Positions 39,901 through 49,443 of a stretch of DNA of 64,000 nucleotides are shown in pieces. Numbering within the stretch: the stretch's first letter is position 1; each line of letters starts with the position of its first letter. Made by a program: the position numbers and the translations under genes. Source of the DNA: a virus; IMG/VR virus record IMGVR_UViG_3300044641_003190, positions 10,535 through 74,534 of that record; one strand, written 5' to 3'. The notes under the pieces were generated by a model. The model was not told the origin of the DNA and did not search any database. It saw nothing but the letters and a program-made list of their open reading frames with translations.

Positions 39901-40327
39901 TAACTCTCCAGTAGATTTATCTAGTACATTCCCTGGAACAACAACAGCAGTATATCCAAAACTATTAGGGTATGCATTAAAAAAGTTTGAGCCTAGAGAA
40001 TATAAAACAACAATATCTAAGGCAAAATCAGATGACGCAAAATTTGAAATAGACAGCGAATGGATTCAATCTGAGGGCCAAGCCAAGGATATAGCAGAAT
40101 TTATTAAGTTAAACTCCGTAACCTTGAAAAATGGCAAATTAAATGATATCATAATACTAGACGTTGAAATTTTTGCTAACCCATTAATTCAACTAGGTGA
40201 TACGGTAGACGTCATACACCCAGACCTGGGGCTATCCGCAACAACCCATACCTTTGTTGTTACGAGAATAAGTCAAGAGTTCAATGGTGGTATTTCAACT
40301 AGTGTCAGATTACAGGAGATACCATGA
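36947..40327 (+). CDS. Tail tip / baseplate hub protein
   Basis: W.ALQ.L......FVDEYG...F; C-terminal NP.IQLGD.V......F.VT.I motif. Confidence 0.75.
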   Translation: MLSFPSVKTAVDSQYTLRPSQKIWLEWNYNIHAGINEMGIDDIALYQYDNTISDLKLIETSTVYNKYYESLYPLTSVSNFIRPGEYALHNNQKVGGIVKSIFGNSVSGLSNYDLTSATRNYFVSKDDGYKYWAFIRKNQSSTAVNKSIYLNYDRTVKVNKLVVKFETSHTVPNSYTVFVRRSGAWVQAYTSSTPLTNGGLVLYYNGSAWNTTRHTSPSVTTNTQEISGIKVLVSTVNVGYSPLEIIEVSGRLEADVSAETVSWTIDKTYFEDHEVLPVGEISSNSASINFDNTSNIYSYENTSAKYAGLVDKRIGVKIFTIIDSNEVPQFTGFTDAWSLSANDTATVSCYDMAKILQQTQAPDMVIGSNLPISRVIRTIFDSAGLNEVQIDTIGSSSQVVDIFWMSKEQTIWQALQQLCMSNQCSIFVDEYGKFIFKSRSTVLDSSTVEQILTYNNSGSTLSNIVSIDQSSKPRIGNLVVKYSRRSYETQSDVLTTYQSIANNPKEQLVSFRGSSYATSIWDPGEAWVLGAAPLVYPITQSEVTSIQTQAPEMQQVVQKNGEVVWKVVSGLTAFSGYFYLNGEIIYYDAIRHRVLYKDGRAPENIEISSRQQFESLIQSDPGVKTITNTGILTGIKRAQFSTTQIAHTPVSTDNGLWSRKQFKIGTTTQSNLTAPAFSLQQRALKLSTDNDSGASKISSLSNSERRKYIQLGLVDLKKSNYKRFECTMRIVNKQPGEEVGDVDSLGGIFFDYNPANNSGYFIELGLDYTTATYKTANANKSVNIYKINSSGNISEIKSVGSLTGRAKTDSPETVFKDTVSFETVQDYDIQVLRVDRNGKRCIDVYIMGQLIVQVEDSTPLSPTNKSGVFVRGDSTAFFTKFAAWGANNESTLQDGSFFADSIRGFMTEVVAAGNLGVASKLSLEKDYDYYEFYPHMREIRVAEFDYTKFPASPLKISAGPAITLYGATILESNSFRAKIAVVNETNSPVDLSSTFPGTTTAVYPKLLGYALKKFEPREYKTTISKAKSDDAKFEIDSEWIQSEGQAKDIAEFIKLNSVTLKNGKLNDIIILDVEIFANPLIQLGDTVDVIHPDLGLSATTHTFVVTRISQEFNGGISTSVRLQEIP

Positions 40328-40704
40328 TAAATAAAAAAGTAAACTATTCAAATAGGCAGGTGAAGGGCGAGGAAGACGTATTCTCACCGTTTGACACAGA
40401 TGCAGAATTAGTTGGCGGAGTTAACCAGTCTGATCCGTACGGGTATTCTGTTGCATATTCAAAAAAACAGCCTATAGATTTAGATGATGGGGTTGGCGAC
40501 GGAAGCACGGACATATTATCAACAGACGTAAGTACTGATAATGAATTAGGCGAAGAAGAAAAGCTAGGTACTGTGTCTTCAGTCTCATTTGAACAAACTG
40601 GTTCTTTTACTGGGGATGGTACATTTTTGGCAAACGTTACAGTTACATTATCTGGAATTAAGGGGGCAACAAATTATGAAGTTGAATTTACCAAAATATC
40701 TTAG
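40324..40704 (+). CDS. Minor tail protein (hypothetical)
   Basis: Acidic ORF in tail-tip region; ATGA overlap. Confidence 0.55.
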   Translation: MINKKVNYSNRQVKGEEDVFSPFDTDAELVGGVNQSDPYGYSVAYSKKQPIDLDDGVGDGSTDILSTDVSTDNELGEEEKLGTVSSVSFEQTGSFTGDGTFLANVTVTLSGIKGATNYEVEFTKIS

Positions 40705-41632
40705 TGGTGAATACATATTCTATAAAAATGGAATAGAAGTATTTAGGTCAAAAAATATAGTAACCACATTGGGCAAAGAGGCAATATTAAAATATTTATC
40801 TAGAGAGTCCTATGAATATGCTTCTAGGCTAGTTATTGGATGCGGATCTACTGCAGCATCAGCAACAGATGAGTTCCTATCACTAGAGATGTTTGCTACC
40901 TCAATCAATTTTAAAACATTAGATTATACAAAAACACCCACTCAGTTAGTTTTTAGATCTACACTGCCATCAACATTTAATGGTGTTATATATGAATCTG
41001 GAATTACAACTGGCGGTGGATCAATATTGTCAGATTTAAATAGCGTGAACGATTACCAAGAGTTAGTAGCCACATTCGATCCAGATTTTGAAAACTGGTC
41101 TATTTCAAGTGGGGTAGCTTTTCATACAAATGATTTAGAGGGCACTCCAAGGCTTAGAGTAGGAAAATATGGACTTCAGATAACAGCACCATCATCATCG
41201 ACAAGACAATCTACACTAGACTCTGTAGTTCCAGTTCTTCCATATATTAGTTCGGATAAGATTAAAGTTGCACTGCATATATCTGGATCAGTACCAAGCT
41301 CTGTTATTGTAAAGCTATCTAACGATGGACTAAACTACTATTCATTAACAATACCATCCACCAACCTATCCCTTGGCTATAACATTGTTAATTACAATGT
41401 TGGTCAACTAATAGCAACTGGATCTCCAGAAATTAGCCAAACACAATCAATATCAGTTATTGTAAACTCAAGTGCCTCACAATCAGTTGTTACTATGGAT
41501 GCAATTAAATTTGATAGCATGTCCGATTTAGAAAAACCAATATTGGTTAGCAGGTCTGTTTTATCAACACCTTTAGTTGTTGAAGGCGGATACCCGTTTG
41601 ATATAGAATATAGGTTGGCGTTTAACATATAA
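40676..41632 (+). CDS. Minor tail / baseplate protein
   Basis: KNIVT..GK..I..YL......IG.G.TA....D..L..E...I.E.G...SR.......IEY.L motif. Confidence 0.65.
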   Translation: MKLNLPKYLSGEYIFYKNGIEVFRSKNIVTTLGKEAILKYLSRESYEYASRLVIGCGSTAASATDEFLSLEMFATSINFKTLDYTKTPTQLVFRSTLPSTFNGVIYESGITTGGGSILSDLNSVNDYQELVATFDPDFENWSISSGVAFHTNDLEGTPRLRVGKYGLQITAPSSSTRQSTLDSVVPVLPYISSDKIKVALHISGSVPSSVIVKLSNDGLNYYSLTIPSTNLSLGYNIVNYNVGQLIATGSPEISQTQSISVIVNSSASQSVVTMDAIKFDSMSDLEKPILVSRSVLSTPLVVEGGYPFDIEYRLAFNI

Positions 41633-44409
41633 TGGAATTTAAAAAAACAATTGCTGGTCTAACCCCAGGAACATGGGGATTTAGATTTAAATCAATAAAT
41701 GATAGTGGTTTATCTGGCGATTGGTCTGCGGTATTTACATATACTGTTACTGGAGATTTAACTGCCCCTCCAGTTCCCTCAAAGCCAAACGTTACATCTG
41801 TCATAGGTGGAGTTTCTGTTAAATGGGTAGAAACAGGGTATCAAACACCAATTGATTTTAACAGGGTTGATGTTTATGTTTCTAGCGGAGGAACTTACAC
41901 TAAGTTTGGATCAATTGCTTCAATAAATAGCGTAGTTACATACGTTCCACCAGAAGGTATTACTGGACCATTTACATTTAAATTTACTGGTGTTGACAGA
42001 AGCGGTAACGTATCAGAATTATCAGAAGCTTCAGATAGCGTGTCTTCTGGAACAATAGGAATAGATACGACACCACCATCAGCTCCAAGCGGACTGTCTG
42101 TCCTTGCATATAATGATTCATCAGATACATCTGGAGCCACAGGTTATGTAGATGTATCCTGGACTGGATCAACATCTACAGATTTACTAGGACACTACAT
42201 TAGATATGGAAGAACATCATCTGTGTGGGACGAGTACTTGTTTATTCAAGCAGGTCAAAATACTAAAAGAATATTTAATTTAAAATCTGGCACAACATAC
42301 TATTTTCAGGTTAACGCTACCGACGGAAGTAATCCAAGTTCTTACGTTCCATCTACTCCTATATCAGTTTTAATTCCTGGAGATACAACAGCCCCATCCG
42401 CACCACAAAATTTATCTGCAGTTTCTGGACTAGACTATGTTATTGCTTATTGGGATAGAAATACAGAAAATGACGTAGATCTTGCAAGGGGTCAATATCA
42501 AGTACAGATTTCAACATCAAGTAGCTTTTCATCTGTAGTAGAAGACAGCGTAATAACTGGAACCGTAGCCACATTCAATGGGCTAACAACTGGAACTTTG
42601 TATTATGTTAGAGTTAGGGCTACGGACTCTTCTGGTAATTCTGGCCCATGGTCATCTATAGCATCTACAACACCATCAACAATAAATGCTCAGACAGCAA
42701 TTACATCTGGAACAATTGTAGGAAACTTAATAGCAGCAAACACTATTATCGGAGATAAAATACAAGCCAACACAGTTGATGTAGATAGATTTAAAACAAA
42801 TACTGGAATTGCAGGTATCATATATGTTGGTGCAGACGACTCACCAACTGGAACAAACAGAATAGTATTAGATGGATCAAGTACACTACCAAAAATATAT
42901 TATGGAAGCGGAGTGTATAACAATTCTAATACACCATTTTATATAGACGCTGCTGGAAAGTTTAGCTTAAAGGACCAGCTTACTTGGGATGGATCAGCAT
43001 TAACAGTAAGAGGATCACTAAATGTAACACAAGCTTCTACAATAACAGCAAATTTAAATATAAACTCTGGCGGAAGCTTGATAGTAAATGGTGGTGCCAT
43101 AAGGGTTACTGGAACGGCTGGCCGTGTAGAGATGAGTTCTTTGGGTATAGTTGGATATAATGCTTCAACTGGAGGATCACCACTTGTAACAATACAAGCA
43201 AATACTGGACAGATAGTTGCTACTGGTGGACAAATTGGTGGATTTACACTAGGCCCTACATCTTTAACAACAACAAACTCTTCTGGGCAGGCCGTAGGCC
43301 TATACAGTACTGGACAGTTTAGTCTTGGATCAAACTTTAATGTTAGTGCTGCGGGAGACCTTACAGCAACTGGAACATTTACTATTGCTGGAACAGGTCA
43401 GGCAGCTATTGCAGCAAATCAAGTTAACTCTAATGTTACATCTATTTCTGGTGGTGTGATATCTACTGGAACAATTAATCTTAATAACGTATTGGTTAAT
43501 AGCGGTACTGGAAATAACACCATTAGATTAAGTAGCTCTGGGTTAGAAATTTGGAACTCTAGTGGAACTAGAACAGTAAACTTAACACCTTCAGGTACTG
43601 CAACATTTAGTGGAGCTATTAGTGGAGCAACACTTAATGTTACTGGTGAAAATTTTGCAATTAACTATAACAACGATGCTGATGGATTAGCCCCACCAGT
43701 AAGTACAATTTCAAATGCTTTTGCAAGCACATACATTAGACAAAGTATAAATTGTGTTGGATTTAATGCTATAGCATTTACTTCAATAAACACTGCTGGA
43801 GTACTAAGTTCTTGGTACCCATATTATGATGCTGACGTAGACTTGGGTGTAAAGTTTAGTCCAACAGCTGGTGCTGGTCCATTTAGGTGGAGAAACGGAA
43901 GATTTACTGGAAGCATAATGATTGGTGGAGACGGCAGTACAGATACACCAAGTACAAGTGGCGTTGGCCCATATACAAGACTTTATGATAATGGAAGAAT
44001 ATACGCAAACTCTTTAGGCACATCAACTAGAACTCCAGGATCTGGCGTAACAATTGTTCAGGATACTAATGGGTTTTTAAGAGTATTCACATCCGCATCT
44101 AGCCAAAAATATAAAGAGAATATTGTGACATTTGGTGGTAGTGAAACATACAATATAATTAAAGGAATGAGGCCAGTAAAATTTAATTATAAGCCTGAAT
44201 TTTCTGATTATCCAGAACAGGAGCACCTAGGTCTTATTGCTGAAGAGGTCAATGATTTAGAAGAAGGTCAAGATTTAGTTTTATATAAGGACGGGGTACC
44301 AGATTCTGTAGTTTATGAAAAAATACCCATGTACCTAGTTTCCGCATTTAAAGAAATGGCTAACAAAATAGATAGCCTCCAGACTAGGCTTGACGCTCTT
44401 GAGTCATAA
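41632..44409 (+). CDS. Tail fibre/spike with FN3 repeats and a C-terminal S74 intramolecular chaperone
   Basis: DTT.PSAP..L FN3 units; SS.KYKENI......I..MRPV.F.YK....LGLIAEEV....V.Y......L......coiled coil. Confidence 0.85.
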   Translation: MEFKKTIAGLTPGTWGFRFKSINDSGLSGDWSAVFTYTVTGDLTAPPVPSKPNVTSVIGGVSVKWVETGYQTPIDFNRVDVYVSSGGTYTKFGSIASINSVVTYVPPEGITGPFTFKFTGVDRSGNVSELSEASDSVSSGTIGIDTTPPSAPSGLSVLAYNDSSDTSGATGYVDVSWTGSTSTDLLGHYIRYGRTSSVWDEYLFIQAGQNTKRIFNLKSGTTYYFQVNATDGSNPSSYVPSTPISVLIPGDTTAPSAPQNLSAVSGLDYVIAYWDRNTENDVDLARGQYQVQISTSSSFSSVVEDSVITGTVATFNGLTTGTLYYVRVRATDSSGNSGPWSSIASTTPSTINAQTAITSGTIVGNLIAANTIIGDKIQANTVDVDRFKTNTGIAGIIYVGADDSPTGTNRIVLDGSSTLPKIYYGSGVYNNSNTPFYIDAAGKFSLKDQLTWDGSALTVRGSLNVTQASTITANLNINSGGSLIVNGGAIRVTGTAGRVEMSSLGIVGYNASTGGSPLVTIQANTGQIVATGGQIGGFTLGPTSLTTTNSSGQAVGLYSTGQFSLGSNFNVSAAGDLTATGTFTIAGTGQAAIAANQVNSNVTSISGGVISTGTINLNNVLVNSGTGNNTIRLSSSGLEIWNSSGTRTVNLTPSGTATFSGAISGATLNVTGENFAINYNNDADGLAPPVSTISNAFASTYIRQSINCVGFNAIAFTSINTAGVLSSWYPYYDADVDLGVKFSPTAGAGPFRWRNGRFTGSIMIGGDGSTDTPSTSGVGPYTRLYDNGRIYANSLGTSTRTPGSGVTIVQDTNGFLRVFTSASSQKYKENIVTFGGSETYNIIKGMRPVKFNYKPEFSDYPEQEHLGLIAEEVNDLEEGQDLVLYKDGVPDSVVYEKIPMYLVSAFKEMANKIDSLQTRLDALES

Positions 44410-44418
44410 TGGTAGACT
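44390..44418 (+). promoter_or_regulatory. Promoter TTGACG-17-(TGg)TAGACT
   Basis: Spacing and near-consensus boxes. Confidence 0.6.
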
Positions 44419-44446
44419 TATTAGAAGTATATACTGAGAGGTAAAA

Positions 44447-44611
44447 ATGGAAAACAACGAACAACAAAATAAGGCTGAACTAGTAGTATTGGCACTACAA
44501 CAAAGAATCGGTGAGCTGGTATCAAATTATGAGACTCAAATTGCTATCCTTCGTGCAGAAATTACTCGAATGGTCAACAAGAGTAATTCTGAAGACAAAC
44601 CAACAGAATAA
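44447..44611 (+). CDS. 54-aa coiled-coil protein (not in ORF track)
   Basis: GAGGT RBS; MENNEQQNKAELVVLALQQRIGELVSNYETQIAILRAEITRMVNKSNSEDKPTE*. Confidence 0.75.
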   Translation: MENNEQQNKAELVVLALQQRIGELVSNYETQIAILRAEITRMVNKSNSEDKPTE

Positions 44612-44990
44612 TTTAATAGATCCACCAGTAGTACCAACGGTGTACCCAAGCGGTGTTGCCGTATCTGATGGAATCAATACTTATTTTATTAAGAATGGTA
44701 AAAAATATAGAGTAATCTCTGACAGGGCTTTAGAGAGCTGGGGATTCTCTGTTTGGTATGGAAGTCCAGAATCTCTTTCTAAGACGGTCCTAGGGGGTAT
44801 TCTAGGCTTTAGAGACGGTACTGTGATTAAGGACATATCAAATGGTAAAATATATCTAGTGGTAAATAGCAAAAAACAGCATATTACAAGTCCAGATGTG
44901 TTTACTAAGTTTGGTATTGATATAGAGTCAATATTATTAGTAAGCCATAAAGAGGCTGAATTGCACAAGGATGGGGAGCCAATAAATTGA
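44511..44990 (+). CDS. Hypothetical protein with two internal repeats (start uncertain)
   Basis: Y.I.NGKK..I.S.......G unit occurs twice. Confidence 0.6.
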   Translation: MSWYQIMRLKLLSFVQKLLEWSTRVILKTNQQNNLIDPPVVPTVYPSGVAVSDGINTYFIKNGKKYRVISDRALESWGFSVWYGSPESLSKTVLGGILGFRDGTVIKDISNGKIYLVVNSKKQHITSPDVFTKFGIDIESILLVSHKEAELHKDGEPIN

Positions 44991-45598
44991 CTATAAATTA
45001 TCTGAAGCCGTTTGAGCCAGGAGACCCAATAGACATAAATGTATTAAATAAACTTATACAGAATGTTAACTATTTGTCTTCTCAGATTGCACAAATTTAT
45101 AAACTTCCTGCTGTAGAGGCACCAGTATTAGTATCTGGTCCAGTTGGAGTAACTGGAGGATCAACAAGCTCTGGAACAAGCACATCTACAACAAATAATC
45201 CTGGAACGTCCTATGTTGATTATCCATTAAAGTGGATTGATAGCAATATTAATTTTAGTAGTGTTAATAATAGAGTTGTCAGGTCAGTAACTTCATCAAT
45301 ATTGTCAACATACCTACCTGGTATAAAGTACACCAGTTTTGAAATTTTATCAGCATCTACATCTAGTTTATTTTTTCACCCAGGAGGAAATCAAAACTCT
45401 AGGTCTCAGGCCAATGGTGTAAGGTTAGACTATTATAAAGTAGACCCAGGTAAGCAGTCTTTTAGCTTTATGCCTAAGAAAAATGGAGTCGATGGAACGG
45501 TCTACAGGTCTGGTATCAATGGCCCACTAACAAATGGTGGAACGCTCAGCAATAGGCTATTGGCAACATTCGATATTACTGTTAGACTATATAAGTAG
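44987..45598 (+). CDS. Hypothetical protein, possibly virion-associated
   Basis: GGGGAG RBS; F.PG.PID...LN.L..N N-terminus. Confidence 0.6.
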   Translation: MTINYLKPFEPGDPIDINVLNKLIQNVNYLSSQIAQIYKLPAVEAPVLVSGPVGVTGGSTSSGTSTSTTNNPGTSYVDYPLKWIDSNINFSSVNNRVVRSVTSSILSTYLPGIKYTSFEILSASTSSLFFHPGGNQNSRSQANGVRLDYYKVDPGKQSFSFMPKKNGVDGTVYRSGINGPLTNGGTLSNRLLATFDITVRLYK

Positions 45599-45861
45599 TG
45601 TACAAGCCAATCACTGATTGGTCTAAAAGAAAAAAAGAAAAACTAAATAAGTATATAGTTGTATGGGTACCAGAACACCCTAAGTCATTTAGCGGTGGAT
45701 GGTATTACGAACATAGACTAGTTTTAGAAAAACAATTAAATAGGATCCTTAAAGCTTGGGAGACAATCCATCACCTAGATGGAAATAAAGAAAACAACTC
45801 AATAGACAATCTCTTTCCGTGTACGGAAAGGGAACATAGATATGCTCACGAAATAGCTTGA
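45598..45861 (+). CDS. HNH endonuclease
   Basis: P.HP......Y.EHRLV.E..L.R.L...E.IHH.DGNK.NN...NL....EH...H. Confidence 0.85.
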   Translation: MYKPITDWSKRKKEKLNKYIVVWVPEHPKSFSGGWYYEHRLVLEKQLNRILKAWETIHHLDGNKENNSIDNLFPCTEREHRYAHEIA

Positions 45862-45887
45862 CTTTATAGTCAGGGCAAGAGTAGAAT
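45858..45887 (+). promoter_or_regulatory. Promoter TTGACT-18-TAGAAT at the start of the replication arm
   Basis: Near-consensus boxes in an intergenic gap. Confidence 0.6.
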
Positions 45888-45913
45888 AGATATAGGACAC
45901 AGAAGGGTTCTTA

Positions 45914-46729
45914 ATGAGTAACGATTTAAAGTGGATGCTATCATCCGACCAGCAGTTCCCATACCAGGATGATAAGGCTATCGCTTTATGGTTTAAGGTT
46001 ATGAAATGGTTTAAACCAGACGTAGTAGATTACCTTGGCGATACAGACGATCAGGCATGCTACAGTAAATATACCGAAGGCAAGCCAACTGAGTTTATTA
46101 AAGCTTATAAGAACGACAATGTAACAAATGATCTAGAGCTAATGATAAAAGATATGCGTATCGAAGCAAGTGGCGCTAGAGAGTTTTATGCCAAGACTAG
46201 AAAAATGTTGCCTAAAGCACAACTGTTCTCTGCTCTTGGAAATCACGATATTAGAATTTTTGATTATCTAGATAAGAAAATACCAGAGTACGCAAAGCAT
46301 GTAACACCAGAAGCTTTATGGGGACTAGACTCTATGGGGTATGACTATATCTATTACAATGAACTACCGAAAAAAAGATTTGGTGATATCCATGTTCATC
46401 ATGGAATGTCAATTAGCGCAACTGGCGCAGTAAGAAAAGATATGGAAGATATGCAAATATCTTTAATCCGTGGTCACTCACATAGAATTGCATCACACCT
46501 ACAAACCTATGAATTAAGAAATGGTGGTAAGGGTGAGACTATTAGAGGATATGAGATTGGACACATGTGTGATGAAAAAGGTCCAGGTATGAAATATACT
46601 CAGCACCATGACTGGCAAAAAGGATTTGCAGTTGCACACATTGAAAACGGAAAATATCCACATATAAACATGATTCATATTTCTCCAAATTATACATGCG
46701 TTGTAGATGGGAAAATGTTTTCTCTATGA
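45914..46729 (+). CDS. Calcineurin-like metallophosphoesterase
   Basis: SD.Q, LGD..D, GNHD, HHG, GHSH motifs. Confidence 0.85.
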   Translation: MSNDLKWMLSSDQQFPYQDDKAIALWFKVMKWFKPDVVDYLGDTDDQACYSKYTEGKPTEFIKAYKNDNVTNDLELMIKDMRIEASGAREFYAKTRKMLPKAQLFSALGNHDIRIFDYLDKKIPEYAKHVTPEALWGLDSMGYDYIYYNELPKKRFGDIHVHHGMSISATGAVRKDMEDMQISLIRGHSHRIASHLQTYELRNGGKGETIRGYEIGHMCDEKGPGMKYTQHHDWQKGFAVAHIENGKYPHINMIHISPNYTCVVDGKMFSL

Positions 46730-46917
46730 TGTTTTGTAAAAGGTGTAGAACTGGCAGGGTGTTCATAGACAGGGTTTATTCCCAGTACGATCACCTTGAG
46801 CTATACTGTATTAAATGCGCTAAAAGATGGGTCTTTCATAAACAAGGGAGCAGATTTGCATCATGGCTAATGAAAAAAGAAGCCGAAAGAGCAAAGACTT
46901 ACGGTACTTTTTCTTAA
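46726..46917 (+). CDS. Small zinc-finger protein
   Basis: CKRC...CIKC; ATGA overlap. Confidence 0.7.
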   Translation: MMFCKRCRTGRVFIDRVYSQYDHLELYCIKCAKRWVFHKQGSRFASWLMKKEAERAKTYGTFS

Positions 46918-47378
46918 ACGGAGAACTCCATAAGAAGTTGCACGTAAACAAGTCCTCGGACGTTATAACTGCTTGGAATTATACTCAAGCAAAACGTATC
47001 GGATACTCTCTTAGCGATGCAAAAAAGAATTTGCAGCAGGCATACACCATTAATGAGGCAGCACTTTTATTGAATAGACATAGAAACAGAATCCTTGAGT
47101 ATATTGAAAAAGGATTTATATCTAAACCTAGAATGAGTTATACGCTAGATTCTAAAAAGAAGCCAGTAAAGTATTTAATGTCAGAAGATGATGTTATGGC
47201 TGTAAGAGAATTTTTATCTACATTGCATAGAGGTAGACCAAGAAAAGATGGTCTTATTACTTCAAAGAATGTACCTACTAAACAGGAGCTACGTGCAAAA
47301 ATTAAAAATGAAGTTGTACTATATCAGCAAACAGAAGACGGTGAGTTTATACCTGTCTGGAAACAACCAGAGTGGTAA
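46863..47378 (+). CDS. HTH (MerR/excisionase-like) DNA-binding protein with an RGRP motif
   Basis: YTINEAA.LLNRHR..I..YI..G.I; HRGRPRKDG. Confidence 0.7.
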   Translation: MANEKRSRKSKDLRYFFLNGELHKKLHVNKSSDVITAWNYTQAKRIGYSLSDAKKNLQQAYTINEAALLLNRHRNRILEYIEKGFISKPRMSYTLDSKKKPVKYLMSEDDVMAVREFLSTLHRGRPRKDGLITSKNVPTKQELRAKIKNEVVLYQQTEDGEFIPVWKQPEW

Positions 47379-47692
47379 GAATGACTAAGCAAACAAAAAA
47401 GGCTGTTAAAAAGACAACAAAGAAAGCTGTAAAAAAGAAAGTTGTTAAAAGACCAAGAATGCAATCTGAGCCTGATCACAAGGTAGATATTAATCAGGAG
47501 CTAGCATATACTAGGTCTGCAGTTTATTTAGAAGAAGCTGGAAGTAGAGCAGCAACATCTAAAAACATAGAAGGACTATTGTTGGTTGCAAAAGGATGGA
47601 TGGAATTAGCTGATATGTTAGACACTGGACAGCACTCTAAGAAACGTGCTAAACTGGGATTCAGACCACATGGAGAGGAAGATCATGAGTGA
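47372..47692 (+). CDS. Hypothetical protein with a histone-like Lys-rich N-tail
   Basis: TKKAVKKTTKKAVKKKVVKR. Confidence 0.6.
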   Translation: MVRMTKQTKKAVKKTTKKAVKKKVVKRPRMQSEPDHKVDINQELAYTRSAVYLEEAGSRAATSKNIEGLLLVAKGWMELADMLDTGQHSKKRAKLGFRPHGEEDHE

Positions 47693-47903
47693 AATTGATA
47701 GCACAAGAGTAACCGTAACCCTGGGGTTTACCAAGAACCTAGGTAACTTTGAAAGCCTAAGAGTAGATATTGGAATACAAGATCATTTAAGATCTGGTGA
47801 AAATATTAGTGATGCAACTGATCGTGTCTATAAGTTTGTTGAAAAAAAGTTAGAAGAAAAAGCAACAGAGATAGCGGAAGAACTAAGTGTCGGCAAAAAG
47901 TGA
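47685..47903 (+). CDS. Conserved hypothetical protein
   Basis: V.V.LG.T.NLGNFESLR.D motif; GGAGAGG RBS. Confidence 0.7.
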   Translation: MSEIDSTRVTVTLGFTKNLGNFESLRVDIGIQDHLRSGENISDATDRVYKFVEKKLEEKATEIAEELSVGKK

Positions 47904-48240
47904 TCCAAAACTATCCTATGCATTAATATCATTATATGAAAATTTATATTTAGATAGGTATGGGAAGAGGCCAGTGGTTAACAGGTACAGAGAAAAGTGG
48001 GGCATGCAGGACGTCATAGAGTCTGTCGGCTTTGATCGTGCTAAAGAGCTTATGGAATATTATTTTAAAACTGGTAAGCCTGGACACCCAGTAAACTGGT
48101 TTTTTATGAATTTTGATAATATAGATAAAATGTTATACCAGAAGGCCGAAGATGAAATTAATAGAAAAAAGCTTAAAGAATTAACTAGACAAATGGTAGA
48201 AGAGATGGAGAAGGATGAACACCGAAGCAGCAGTAATTAG
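47887..48240 (+). CDS. Hypothetical protein (possible helicase loader/initiator)
   Basis: Directly upstream of dnaB. Confidence 0.55.
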   Translation: MSAKSDPKLSYALISLYENLYLDRYGKRPVVNRYREKWGMQDVIESVGFDRAKELMEYYFKTGKPGHPVNWFFMNFDNIDKMLYQKAEDEINRKKLKELTRQMVEEMEKDEHRSSSN

Positions 48241-49429
48241 TGCGGTATGCAAAAACAAAGATATTAGCGTTCTTCTTGCAGACAACGTAGATGAAGTATT
48301 TCAGTCCCACAAAGACGTTTGGGATGGTTTAAAGTCATACTATTATAAGTTTAGGGCTGTTCCAGATATTGGTGTGCTGCAAGACAAGTACAGAGATTTT
48401 GATGCCGTAGATGTAAATGCAGAAACTGGATTTTATTTAGAGCAAATGAAGTCAGAGTTTCTTGGAAACAAAATTAAAACAATTATTTTAAACTCTGGAT
48501 CCTCTTTAAAAGAAAATGCTCCATCAAGAGTTTTACAACAAATGCAAATGCAGTTAGCTGGACTTAGCAAGTTTACCAACAATGTTAGAGACTTGGATAT
48601 TACTGACATTCAGTCTGCCACAGATCACTATTTATCGGTAAGAGATAGATCATTGGCCATGGGCGGTTCACCAGGAATACCAACTGGATTTAAAGCAATA
48701 GACGCTGCGTATCCAACTGGTCTAGCCCCAGGACACCTTGCGGTGGTTATTGGTTGGCCAGGAAAAGGAAAGACTTGGTTTACATCCTACTTAGCTTGTA
48801 AGGCGTGGGAGCAGGGATTTAAGCCTATGATTATATCTCTTGAAATGTCTCCAGAGAATATGCGTGACCGTATATATACAATGCTGGGTTCTGGATTGTT
48901 TAGGGCAAGCCAATTTCAAAGAGGAGATATTAACCTAGACGATTTTGGAACATGGGCAAACAAAAGCTTTAAAGACAAGCGTGGCTTTATCTTGGTGTCC
49001 AATGAAGGAACTAATGAAGTAACGCCAGCTACTGTTCAGGGTAAGATAGAGCAGCACAGACCAGACCTTGTAATTTTAGATTATCACCAATTGTTTAATG
49101 ACAATAAAAGATCTAATTCTGAAGTTGAAAGAAATAGAAATATTTCTAGAGAGTTCAAGTTGCTTGCGGTAACAAATAACATACCTGTTATTGATATTAC
49201 TGCTGCTACTGCGGATGATATATCTGACCACGATACTCCACCTATGATGAGCCAGGTGGCTTGGTCAAAGGCTATCGAGTATGATGCAGATATAGCTATG
49301 GCTGTCCATAGACATCCAGATACAAATATGATTGAGATTGTGTCTAGAAAAAATAGACACGGAAGAGATTTTAGCTTCTTTTTGGACTGGGATATTGATA
49401 GGGGTATAATTAAAGAACTGTACGAGTAG
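48215..49429 (+). CDS. dnaB: Replicative DnaB-like helicase
   Basis: GIPTGF..ID, GWPGKGKT Walker A, SLEMS, ILDYHQL, ISREFK.LA, IEYDAD, KNRHG. Confidence 0.93.
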   Translation: MNTEAAVISAVCKNKDISVLLADNVDEVFQSHKDVWDGLKSYYYKFRAVPDIGVLQDKYRDFDAVDVNAETGFYLEQMKSEFLGNKIKTIILNSGSSLKENAPSRVLQQMQMQLAGLSKFTNNVRDLDITDIQSATDHYLSVRDRSLAMGGSPGIPTGFKAIDAAYPTGLAPGHLAVVIGWPGKGKTWFTSYLACKAWEQGFKPMIISLEMSPENMRDRIYTMLGSGLFRASQFQRGDINLDDFGTWANKSFKDKRGFILVSNEGTNEVTPATVQGKIEQHRPDLVILDYHQLFNDNKRSNSEVERNRNISREFKLLAVTNNIPVIDITAATADDISDHDTPPMMSQVAWSKAIEYDADIAMAVHRHPDTNMIEIVSRKNRHGRDFSFFLDWDIDRGIIKELYE

Positions 49430-49443
49430 AAAGATGCGACAGT

